Below, piece by piece: positions 56,426 through 64,000 of a stretch of 64,000 nt of DNA (its first letter is position 1; every line of letters begins with the position of its first letter). The DNA comes from a virus. Location of the stretch: IMG/VR virus record IMGVR_UViG_3300032070_000613, positions 64,001 to 128,000 of that record, one strand, 5' to 3'. A model generated the notes under the pieces. That model saw only the letters and a list, made by a program, of their open reading frames with translations, was not told the origin of the DNA and did not search any database. Made by a program: the position numbers and the translations under genes.

Positions 56426-59053
56426 ATGTCTGGAATAGCGATAGCCACTGGATTACTGAGCGATTTTACTGAAATAAAAGTAAAAGAGCTTTTGGAAAAA
56501 AGAAAATGGATGGAGGGTAAGAAATTTATTCTCCTCACTAAAATAGCGGATATAGAGCAGTATATAGATCACTGTATTGAAAAAGGGCTGTGTGTACTGG
56601 ACCTCGAGACTACCGGCCTCAATACTCGTATCAATAAAGATGGGGAGTCCTGTTCTAAAATAGTGGGTATGTGTCTGGCGACGAATGCAGACGAGGGAGT
56701 ATATATCCCTGTAGCTCATGAGGACAAAGAATTCAATGTACCCCTGAAGTTGGTCCTCAGAGAGATCGCCCGTCTCTGTGCCAACTGCCGGTGTATCTTT
56801 CATAATTTTAAATTTGATGGTCAGATGCTCAGGAATTACGGGATAGTTATAGAGGATGATGATAAATATGAGGATACGTATCTGATGGCTGCTATCTGGG
56901 ATGCCTCATTGAAACCTCAAGAGAGAGGTTTAAAATTCCTGGTAGAAAAATTTATAGGTCGTGAGATGATAGAGATAAACGAGCTGGGTATCGAGGGGAG
57001 TAAAAAAAATACTGTAGCATTCGATATGGTACCACCTCAGAAAGCCGTATACTACGGGGCTAGTGATGGTATGTGTACGTTCGCTCTTTATGAATTTTTA
57101 AAAGCTAAAATAGATGAGCAGGATCCCACCGGTAAAAAGGGCCCCTGGGCTATTTATGGGATAGAGAAGCGCTGCATGTTTGTTACGATGGAGATGGAGC
57201 GTAGTCTGGCTAAAATTGATCGTGTTTATTTTGAGAAATGCAAAGAAGATGTGATCGATCGCATGAATAAACTCGTGACTGGTATCTATAATATAGCTGG
57301 TAGGGAGTTCGATGTAAATAGCCCCAAGCAGCTGGGTACACTGCTGTTTGAAGAGTTGAAAATACCGTATCCTATTAAAGAGATGACAAAAACCGGTCTC
57401 TATATCACCAGTGAGAAGATTCTAGAATTGCTGGAGGGAAAATATCCGATCATCGATATGATATTGACCTATCGTGGATATGGAAAAGTAATGGGTACCT
57501 ATATTGAAAATTTTCTTAAAAATGCGGATGAGAATGAAGAGGTGAAATTCAGTCTGAATCAAATAGGGGCTGACACAGGGCGCTATAGTGCGTCGGGAGG
57601 TCAGGGACTCAATGAGGACGGCTATAGTGGAGTAAACTGTGAAAATATCCCGAACTATGATCCTGATAATCCTAACTCTGTAAATTTAAGAAGAGGTGTG
57701 ATAGCGCGTCCCGGCTATAAAATGGTCTCCATTGACTACAGTGGAGAAGAGCTGAGGATCGCGGCGAACTATTCCAGAGAGCCAAAATGGATAGATGAAT
57801 TTTTAAACGGCACTGGAGATTTACATACAAAAACAGCTCAGGCTGTGACGGGTAAACAAAAAGTATCTAAAATGGAGCGTAGGAATTCGAAGACCTTAAA
57901 CTTCCACATTCTGTACGGGGGCGGGGCTGGAGGATTCGCGGCGAGGGCGAAACTCCCCTATCATGTAGCTAAAAAAATGCTGATAGATTTCTTTAGAGAA
58001 TATTCCTCTTTGAAAAGATGGATAGATAAAGAAGCCAAAGCAGCCAAACTGCGGGGATACAGCCTGACAGCACTAGGCAGGAGACGTCCTCTGGGAGAAT
58101 TCTATAATAATCCTGATCCTAAAATAGCTGCTAAAGGAGACCGCTGCGCAATTAACAGCGCTGTCCAAGGTGCAGCGGCGGATCTCATAAAAATTGCTCT
58201 TTATAGAGTTTGGAAATGGATACGAGATAGTGGCCTACAAAATGATATACGTATACTCGCTCCGATCCATGATGAGATATTGTTCGAGGTAAAAGAGGAT
58301 AAGCTCGATGCTCTGATACCTGAGATGTGTAATATAATGCGTCTACCGGATATCACGAAAGCATTAAAATGGCCCGTGCCTTTAGATGTGGATGCGGAGT
58401 ATGGGGACAGTTTCTATGTCGATCATAATTTCTGGGAAGAACAGAAAGAAAAACAAAAAATGACGCCAGCGGAAACTCCTAAACCAGATAGCACGGAGAC
58501 TCCGGTGGATAGGCCCCCAGTAGCTCCACCTGTAGAAACTATACCACAGCCTGAACCGGATCCCGTGGAGGAAATAAAACCTGCAATCATTAAGGAGGCC
58601 CAAGAGAAAAAAAATGATAATGTTTCTGTAATCTCTGTGGTAATGCCTGATAAAATGCCGAGTACGGTCACAGCCAGTGACATGATGCCGTATTTTTATA
58701 ATGTCACGGTAAAGAAGTCTGTGACTGAGGGGGTCGATAAAAAGAAGGATATACAGGATATTTTGAATCAGACAGGGGTATCAAAAGACTCCAAGCCTGC
58801 TTTTCAAGACGCCCATATAAAAGATAGGATCGATGAAAGAGGGTATTTTAACTATCCTCTCGAGATCGACTCCATATCGGCACGGAAACTGAAATTTATT
58901 TTTGACACGCTCGTATCGGCTGGAGACAACGTCTTTATAGGTCCGAAGTATAAAGTTTGTCTCTTAAGCAAGGAAGGAGAGGTCTATTTCAGGTCGTCCG
59001 AGATCGTGGCCATAGACGCTTTTGTAGCGCTGTGTCTCGCGTTTAACATATAA
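56426..59053 (+). CDS. polA: Family A DNA polymerase with 3'-5' exonuclease and a C-terminal extension
   Basis: DLETTG, HNFKFD, YGASD (exonuclease); TGRYS, DYSGEELRI, RRNSKTLNFHILYG, QGAAAD, IHDEI (polymerase). Confidence 0.95.
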   Translation: MSGIAIATGLLSDFTEIKVKELLEKRKWMEGKKFILLTKIADIEQYIDHCIEKGLCVLDLETTGLNTRINKDGESCSKIVGMCLATNADEGVYIPVAHEDKEFNVPLKLVLREIARLCANCRCIFHNFKFDGQMLRNYGIVIEDDDKYEDTYLMAAIWDASLKPQERGLKFLVEKFIGREMIEINELGIEGSKKNTVAFDMVPPQKAVYYGASDGMCTFALYEFLKAKIDEQDPTGKKGPWAIYGIEKRCMFVTMEMERSLAKIDRVYFEKCKEDVIDRMNKLVTGIYNIAGREFDVNSPKQLGTLLFEELKIPYPIKEMTKTGLYITSEKILELLEGKYPIIDMILTYRGYGKVMGTYIENFLKNADENEEVKFSLNQIGADTGRYSASGGQGLNEDGYSGVNCENIPNYDPDNPNSVNLRRGVIARPGYKMVSIDYSGEELRIAANYSREPKWIDEFLNGTGDLHTKTAQAVTGKQKVSKMERRNSKTLNFHILYGGGAGGFAARAKLPYHVAKKMLIDFFREYSSLKRWIDKEAKAAKLRGYSLTALGRRRPLGEFYNNPDPKIAAKGDRCAINSAVQGAAADLIKIALYRVWKWIRDSGLQNDIRILAPIHDEILFEVKEDKLDALIPEMCNIMRLPDITKALKWPVPLDVDAEYGDSFYVDHNFWEEQKEKQKMTPAETPKPDSTETPVDRPPVAPPVETIPQPEPDPVEEIKPAIIKEAQEKKNDNVSVISVVMPDKMPSTVTASDMMPYFYNVTVKKSVTEGVDKKKDIQDILNQTGVSKDSKPAFQDAHIKDRIDERGYFNYPLEIDSISARKLKFIFDTLVSAGDNVFIGPKYKVCLLSKEGEVYFRSSEIVAIDAFVALCLAFNI

Positions 59054-59083
59054 ATACAAATTCATACCCGGGGAGACTAGTGT

Positions 59084-59779
59084 ATGATAATCGTTAAAAC
59101 TGTTAAAGAGTTCGTGAAACAAAATGAGAAACATCTCATATGGTTTTTGCAATATAAAACGGGTATCAACGATAGAGAAATGATCGATGATACTCTGCAG
59201 GAATTTTATATGCGTCTGTACCAGACAAAAGCTCTGGAGTCCTATGATGAAAAACGAGGTACTTTTGATACCTATATCGGCAATCTTTTCTGCTGGATGC
59301 TACCTTTCTTATCCAGGAAAAATTTCAAATACAGGCACACTCTGATGCCTAAACGGTATCGGGATAAATATCTGGATAAAAATGAGAAAGGCATTAGTAA
59401 TAATCATATGTATGATTATAGGATGATGTCCTATGTGAATAAGGATAACAGCAAAATGTGGGTGGATGGGGATGATGTTTTTAACTACGTCCACGAGAAT
59501 AGTGCCACATTTAAAATCAGCAAAGCATACGAAACATCTTATTTTGATACAGATGAAGATCCAGCCCTATCCGGATATCTGGAGAGTTTTAAAACATATA
59601 TCCGTGAGACAGAGTCCCCCAGGAGTGCGGAGAAAATGATACTGTTTTTGGAGCAGAGGGTGGCGGGATGCAAAGGCGTCGAGATAGCAGGTATGATGAA
59701 AGTATCAAATAACATGGTAAAAATCATCAAACATACTCTAAAAAGGAAATATGATACATGGCAGACGATAGACGCATAG
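59084..59779 (+). CDS. Sigma70/ECF-like phage sigma factor
   Basis: DDTLQEFYMRL...YDEKRGTFDTYI (region 2-like); GCKGVEIAGMMKVSNNMV (region 4 HTH-like). Confidence 0.65.
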   Translation: MIIVKTVKEFVKQNEKHLIWFLQYKTGINDREMIDDTLQEFYMRLYQTKALESYDEKRGTFDTYIGNLFCWMLPFLSRKNFKYRHTLMPKRYRDKYLDKNEKGISNNHMYDYRMMSYVNKDNSKMWVDGDDVFNYVHENSATFKISKAYETSYFDTDEDPALSGYLESFKTYIRETESPRSAEKMILFLEQRVAGCKGVEIAGMMKVSNNMVKIIKHTLKRKYDTWQTIDA

Positions 59780-59952
59780 ATAAAAATCTGACACGAGAGG
59801 CTATCGTAGCTGAGATAGCCGTACTCCAGGATATCATTAAAAAATATCAGGCTGGAGAGCCTGTGATTGGAGTATACTCATATCCAGCTGCTCTCCAACG
59901 TTTGATGTATTTACGCCATAAACTGACACAGATCAAAAAGAAAATAAAATGA
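59758..59952 (+). CDS. Small hypothetical protein
   Basis: Fills the gap and is ATGA-coupled to the next gene. Confidence 0.55.
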   Translation: MADDRRIDKNLTREAIVAEIAVLQDIIKKYQAGEPVIGVYSYPAALQRLMYLRHKLTQIKKKIK

Positions 59953-60464
59953 CATACTATACCGGGGTCGGCTCTCGTCAAACGCCTACAGATATCTCAA
60001 CCCTAATGACCGACATCGCTAAATTTCTTAGCGAGACTGGTTATGTTTTGAGATCGGGTGGAGCGAAGGGGGCCGATTCTTTTTTTGAAGCGGGCGTATC
60101 AGACCCGACAAAGAAAGAGATTTATCTCCCGTGGAAAGATTTTAATGGCAATAAATCCCCTCTGTTCAGAGTCACGGATGAAGCCCTCAAACTGGCTAGC
60201 AAATACCATCCTGCATGGAATAAATTATCCTACGGAGCTCGCAAGCTCATGGGCCGTAATGGCTATCAGGTCCTGGGATCTAATTTGAAAACTCCGAGTA
60301 ATTTTTTGATAGTCTGGACAGAGGATGGAAAAGAAATAGGCGGGACCGCTCAGGCTATGAGAATAGCTAAAGACTATAAAATACCTGTGTATAATTTATT
60401 TTTTGAAGAATGCAGAAATTTAATGAATTATTGGATAGCCAATAAAAAAGTAAAAATAGTATGA
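59949..60464 (+). CDS. SLOG/DprA-like Rossmann-fold protein
   Basis: YTGVGSR.TP, LRSGGAKGAD, RN..QVLG, GGTAQA..IA....IPVYNL. Confidence 0.8.
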   Translation: MTYYTGVGSRQTPTDISTLMTDIAKFLSETGYVLRSGGAKGADSFFEAGVSDPTKKEIYLPWKDFNGNKSPLFRVTDEALKLASKYHPAWNKLSYGARKLMGRNGYQVLGSNLKTPSNFLIVWTEDGKEIGGTAQAMRIAKDYKIPVYNLFFEECRNLMNYWIANKKVKIV

Positions 60465-61627
60465 CCGATGAAATAGACATCAGTGACATCCTGGAAGATG
60501 AGGTGGAGGAGAGTCCCGCTCAATCCCAAGTGACTCCGGCTATCCCCGACTCTCCAGACAGCCCCGCCCGGAAAGAAATAGCGCAGCTGAGAGATCGTCT
60601 GAGAGTATCTCACGAGCACTGCCGTGATCTTTTCGTGGATATGAGGACTGTGGACTACATAGCTACTCCCGATGACTCCTATATCGAATTTCTGGATAAA
60701 AATTATTACGACAAAAGGCTGTATTTTAAAGTGGACCCTCAGAGACCGAATGATCCTAAAATCATAATAGCCCAGCAGCAATTTTGCAAGCTGCTAGGTA
60801 TCCCCTATAAATTTTTTGCCGCTAACAGGCCCTCCCTGAAAATGAACATCGTGAAGACCTGGCAGGCAGGCCTGACCGCGGATGAGAGTAAAGCCCAGAG
60901 CGTCCTCAAAATTCGGGAGTCTAAAGATTGCTCTATCATCAGAGCATTCATACCAGTAACTAAATGCTGCGTACCTCTCTATGAACTCATAGACATAATC
61001 CTGAATGGCGTGACTATCCCTCTCACAATGGAGTTCGTGTACGGGGATGAAAGGGATGATTTGATATTACACGCCCGTTTTCTTTTTAACAAAGAATATA
61101 CGGTACTGGGATCTAAGGTGTGCGTGGGATTTTCTTTGATAGCGTCTGAGCTGGATGCCTCCCCATTCATAATAGAAATCTTTTTACATGATAAAGAGTT
61201 TGCAACTTCGTATATTAGTACATATGGCGGGGACCCCTTTTTCAAGTCTAAATATGACGGTATCAAAGCGGATCAAATTAAAGATCTGATCCCTAAAATG
61301 TTAAACAGAATCGATAGTGAAGCTCCCGAAATGATAGAAAGGGTAGAGAAGAAAGTATCCGATACTATGCAGAGCGGATTTTTTTGTGCGGAAACTGAGT
61401 GCGTATCGCTACTGAAAGCTAAGGGTATCAACGGCAAAGTGAAAAAAGCGGTATATCATCAGATTACTGAGTGCCAGGATAAAATCAAAACTCCCTGGGA
61501 TATTGCTCGTCACGTGGGTCTGGTGGCTAAAGATTTAGATTCGATAAAGAGGCTCGCTGTAGAGCGGGCTATAGGTCAATATTTGCGACTAACTTTTTCT
61601 AACCCTACAACGTCATATAAAAAATGA
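60461..61627 (+). CDS. DUF932-like protein; the last codons come from the inserted element
   Basis: QFCKLLGIPYKFF...IRAF pattern; acidic N-terminus. Confidence 0.55.
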   Translation: MTDEIDISDILEDEVEESPAQSQVTPAIPDSPDSPARKEIAQLRDRLRVSHEHCRDLFVDMRTVDYIATPDDSYIEFLDKNYYDKRLYFKVDPQRPNDPKIIIAQQQFCKLLGIPYKFFAANRPSLKMNIVKTWQAGLTADESKAQSVLKIRESKDCSIIRAFIPVTKCCVPLYELIDIILNGVTIPLTMEFVYGDERDDLILHARFLFNKEYTVLGSKVCVGFSLIASELDASPFIIEIFLHDKEFATSYISTYGGDPFFKSKYDGIKADQIKDLIPKMLNRIDSEAPEMIERVEKKVSDTMQSGFFCAETECVSLLKAKGINGKVKKAVYHQITECQDKIKTPWDIARHVGLVAKDLDSIKRLAVERAIGQYLRLTFSNPTTSYKK

Positions 61628-61840
61628 CGATGTAGGAGTCTAGGGAGCTTATTCAGTAACATGAATATGCAGACGTTACAACCAAAGTTCAAGAACGTAC
61701 CTACGGATGCTTCACTAGTCTGTAGCTCTACAACTCTACCATTAAACAGGAACGAAAGCGCCAGTGTGGTAGAGAAAGTACTGAGTTGTAACAATCCCGA
61801 AGTGAATCTTCACTGGAAACGGGTATCCGGACTTAAAGTC
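61603..61840 (+). ncRNA. omegaRNA (HEARO-type) scaffold of IscB copy 2; boundaries approximate
   Basis: Same stems as copy 1; CCGTAG->CTGTAG turns a G-C pair into G-U. Confidence 0.82.
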
Positions 61841-63022
61841 ATTGTACCCGTACTCTCTTTAAAAAGGAGTCCTTTAATGCCTTGCGGTTTGATCAAAGCT
61901 CGTCACTTAATTAAAGGAGGTAAAGCAAAAGTAGTTAAACTGAACCCACTAGTCATTCAGCTTAAATTTGACTGTGAAAACCAGATCCAAGATGTTTCTT
62001 TAGGTATTGATTCAGGCTATAAAACTATTGGATTCTCGGCTGTTTCTGAAATAAGAGAAGTTAGCGCTGGTGAGCTGAATCTAGATAATGGAACATCAAA
62101 AAAGTTAATAGAAAAGAAAATGTATCGAAGGCATAGAAGAAACAGGCTGAGATACAGAAAACCAAGATTTAATAACAGAAAAAAATCTTCTGGGTGGCTT
62201 CCTCCTTCTATTCAGAGAAAATTTGATACGCACCTCAATCTGATAAAAAAGATAAAAGCTATAGTACCGGTTAAGAAGCTAACCATAGAGATAGGGGAAT
62301 TTGATATTCAAAAGATAATGAACCCTGAGATTTCAGGCAAAAAATATCAGCAAGGTAATTTATTTGGGTATAATAATATGAGGTCTTTTTTGATAGCTCG
62401 TGAGAAAGGGAAATGTCAGTTATGTGGAAAAAAGTTCAGTAGAGATGATCCCTCTCATATGCATCATATAAAACCAAGGATTATGGGAGGTACTGATAGA
62501 CCCGATGATTTAGCTTTGGTACATAAAAGCTGTCATGATAAGATTCACAAGGAAAAACTTTTTAACAAACTCAAAAAAGCCAAGGAGTATAAAGCTGAGA
62601 CTTTTATGGCTATTGTAGGGGCTAAATTTAAAAAAGTTTTGGATTGTGATATTACATATGGGTATGAGACTAAGACTAAAAGAGATTTATTGGAGATAGA
62701 TAAAAGCCATATCAATGATGCATTTGTAATAGCTGGTGGATCTACGCAGAAAAGATGCAAGCCTTATAAAATAGAACAGAAAAGGATCAACAACCGGACT
62801 CTGCAGACTAATAGGAAAGGTTTTTCAAAATCTATTAGGAAACAGAGGCATAAAATACAAAACAGGGATTTCATTTGGATTGATAGTAAAAAATATTTGA
62901 GCGGGGGCGTGGCTTGTAGAGGGACTCAGGTATATTATTTTGATGCGAATGAGAAGAGGCTTATATCTTCAAAAAAGATAGAAAAAGTTTATCATACAGG
63001 GAGTTTAGTGTGGCTAAATTAA
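61661..63022 (+). CDS. iscB: IscB RNA-guided endonuclease
   Basis: PLMP; GIDSG; RRHRRNRLRYRKPRFNNR; IEIGEFD; CQLCG..HHI..GGTDRPD..CHDKIH; SHINDA. Confidence 0.95.
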   Translation: MNMQTLQPKFKNVPTDASLVCSSTTLPLNRNESASVVEKVLSCNNPEVNLHWKRVSGLKVIVPVLSLKRSPLMPCGLIKARHLIKGGKAKVVKLNPLVIQLKFDCENQIQDVSLGIDSGYKTIGFSAVSEIREVSAGELNLDNGTSKKLIEKKMYRRHRRNRLRYRKPRFNNRKKSSGWLPPSIQRKFDTHLNLIKKIKAIVPVKKLTIEIGEFDIQKIMNPEISGKKYQQGNLFGYNNMRSFLIAREKGKCQLCGKKFSRDDPSHMHHIKPRIMGGTDRPDDLALVHKSCHDKIHKEKLFNKLKKAKEYKAETFMAIVGAKFKKVLDCDITYGYETKTKRDLLEIDKSHINDAFVIAGGSTQKRCKPYKIEQKRINNRTLQTNRKGFSKSIRKQRHKIQNRDFIWIDSKKYLSGGVACRGTQVYYFDANEKRLISSKKIEKVYHTGSLVWLN

Positions 63023-63096
63023 ATGACGTTGTAGAGCTAAAAAAAATTGAAGAAATTTTTGATGCTATTATCCTCAAACACATAATAAATGATATT

Positions 63097-63519
63097 ATGA
63101 AGAGTAGAAAGGTGTCCCCTCAGGATGAAGTCACCTATCAGCTCGTAGAGAAGGAATATAAGGGTACGACGTATGTAATAAAAGCAGAGCACGTACCGAT
63201 AGAGCATCTGATCAAATATTCGTCATCGAACTGTAAGAAATGTAATAGTAAAGGGTACAGCATCATCTATGTGAGTAAATCCAAAATAGCTAACCCTCAG
63301 GATTTCGTAGTGCTGGCGGATAGATCCGTAGAAAAAATGTCAGATGAGGAGAAAAAGCTCTGGCTCGAAGTGGAAAAGAAAAAGCCTACGTGGAGGGTCA
63401 TGCTCCCCTGTAAGTGTACCATAAAAAATATATCTAAAAAAGAGCACACGATCGTGGCCAATGATATGGGGAATATCGTGGCTAGACTATCGTATGAAAT
63501 AAAACAGGAGCAACTATGA
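63097..63519 (+). CDS. Hypothetical Zn-finger protein
   Basis: CKKC...CKC; start moved from 63010 (inside the element) to the in-frame ATG at 63097. Confidence 0.65.
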   Translation: MKSRKVSPQDEVTYQLVEKEYKGTTYVIKAEHVPIEHLIKYSSSNCKKCNSKGYSIIYVSKSKIANPQDFVVLADRSVEKMSDEEKKLWLEVEKKKPTWRVMLPCKCTIKNISKKEHTIVANDMGNIVARLSYEIKQEQL

Positions 63520-63719
63520 AAATAGATTTTCTTTTGGCTCTCCTATCAGGAGCTCAAATGATTTTTACGGTAAGGATGCTCACAGTCTGCGAGCAGCGCC
63601 CATCAATATCTGTTGCTATAATGTTGTTTGTACCTCCTATAGTGTTAGTGCTGTGTTCAGTGAGTCTGCTCCGTAGAATACTTATTCTTTTTAACAAAAA
63701 ATATTTACATATTAACTAA
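63516..63719 (+). CDS. Small membrane protein
   Basis: Two hydrophobic segments; SD AGGAG. Confidence 0.6.
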   Translation: MKIDFLLALLSGAQMIFTVRMLTVCEQRPSISVAIMLFVPPIVLVLCSVSLLRRILILFNKKYLHIN

Positions 63720-63727
63720 GGATCCCT

Positions 63728-64000
63728 ATGAGCATCTCAGTTGAATTACAGAAGAAATTGGATCAGCTGGATAGGTATGATGATGCCTACTATAATAAAG
63801 AAGTCATCATCTCTGATGATGGCTATGATCTATTTAAGGAGAGTGTCCTCAAACAGCTCCCACCAGACCATCCTCGTCTGGATAAAATAGGGCACGCTCC
63901 CAGTAGCGCGTGGCCTAAGGTAAAACATTTCATTTTCATGGGGTCCCAGAATAAAGTAGATACTGAGGACAAAATACGGGACTACGTGAAAAAGAGTCTC
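63728..64000 (+). CDS. ligA: NAD-dependent DNA ligase, N-terminal fragment (runs off the window)
   Basis: Hand translation MSISVELQKKLDQLDRYDDAYYNKEVIISDDGYDLF...KVKHFIFMGSQNK matches domain Ia (YY...ISD..YD) and H...M.S..K; not in the ORF track. Confidence 0.88.
   Translation, partial: MSISVELQKKLDQLDRYDDAYYNKEVIISDDGYDLFKESVLKQLPPDHPRLDKIGHAPSSAWPKVKHFIFMGSQNKVDTEDKIRDYVKKSL

Larger units (their letters stand above)
61603..63036 (+). mobile_element. Non-autonomous IscB/omegaRNA element, copy 2, with 18-bp TIRs and a CTAA direct repeat
   Basis: CTAA|CCCTACAACGTCATATAA ... TTAAATGACGTTGTAGAG|CTAA (16/18 complementary). Confidence 0.85.

Noticed and set aside
51840-59053. Inteins or introns in the helicases or the polymerase
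   Set aside because: Motif spacing is normal, and there are no C...HN/C intein junctions or interrupted frames.
663-62760. Numerous short minus-strand and nested ORFs in the track
   Set aside because: They are shadows of long + strand genes and have no recognisable motifs.
63010-63096. N-terminal extension of the Zn-finger gene as called in the ORF track
   Set aside because: It starts inside iscB and the right TIR; the in-frame ATG at 63097 is more plausible.
1-64000. Stop-codon reassignment as seen in some large phages
   Set aside because: The standard code gives long, tightly packed ORFs, and TAA, TGA and TAG all end real genes.

Overview
The window looks like part of a large (probably jumbo) contractile-tailed phage genome. 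It is densely coding on the + strand only. Positions ~1-51,660 form a virion module: gp25-like and baseplate-J-like proteins, two paralogous DUF4815-like wedge/fibre-attachment proteins, and many fibre/adhesin genes (12 PKD domains, DUF2341+LamG cassettes, BNR/Ycf48 and RCC1 propellers, Thr-rich collagens). An AT-rich cassette with two glycosyltransferases sits inside the fibre genes. Positions ~51,840-64,000 form a replication module: SNF2 helicase, degenerate DnaC-like protein, DnaB, a stand-alone CHC2 primase Zn-finger, family A DNA polymerase, sigma-like protein, SLOG/DprA-like and DUF932-like proteins, and the start of an NAD-dependent ligase. The most unusual feature is two ~1.43 kb IscB + omegaRNA (HEARO-type) elements. 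Each is bounded by 18-bp terminal inverted repeats that co-vary between the copies, and by 4-bp flanks (CTAA/CTAA and TCAA/TTAA). That is a TIR/TSD architecture not expected for IS200/IS605 elements. Their omegaRNA scaffold is also an open reading frame continuous with IscB. The second candidate system is phage-encoded virion glycosylation (glycosyltransferases plus recurrent G-x-T-G and SSP motifs). All family calls are by motif recognition only; no searches were run.
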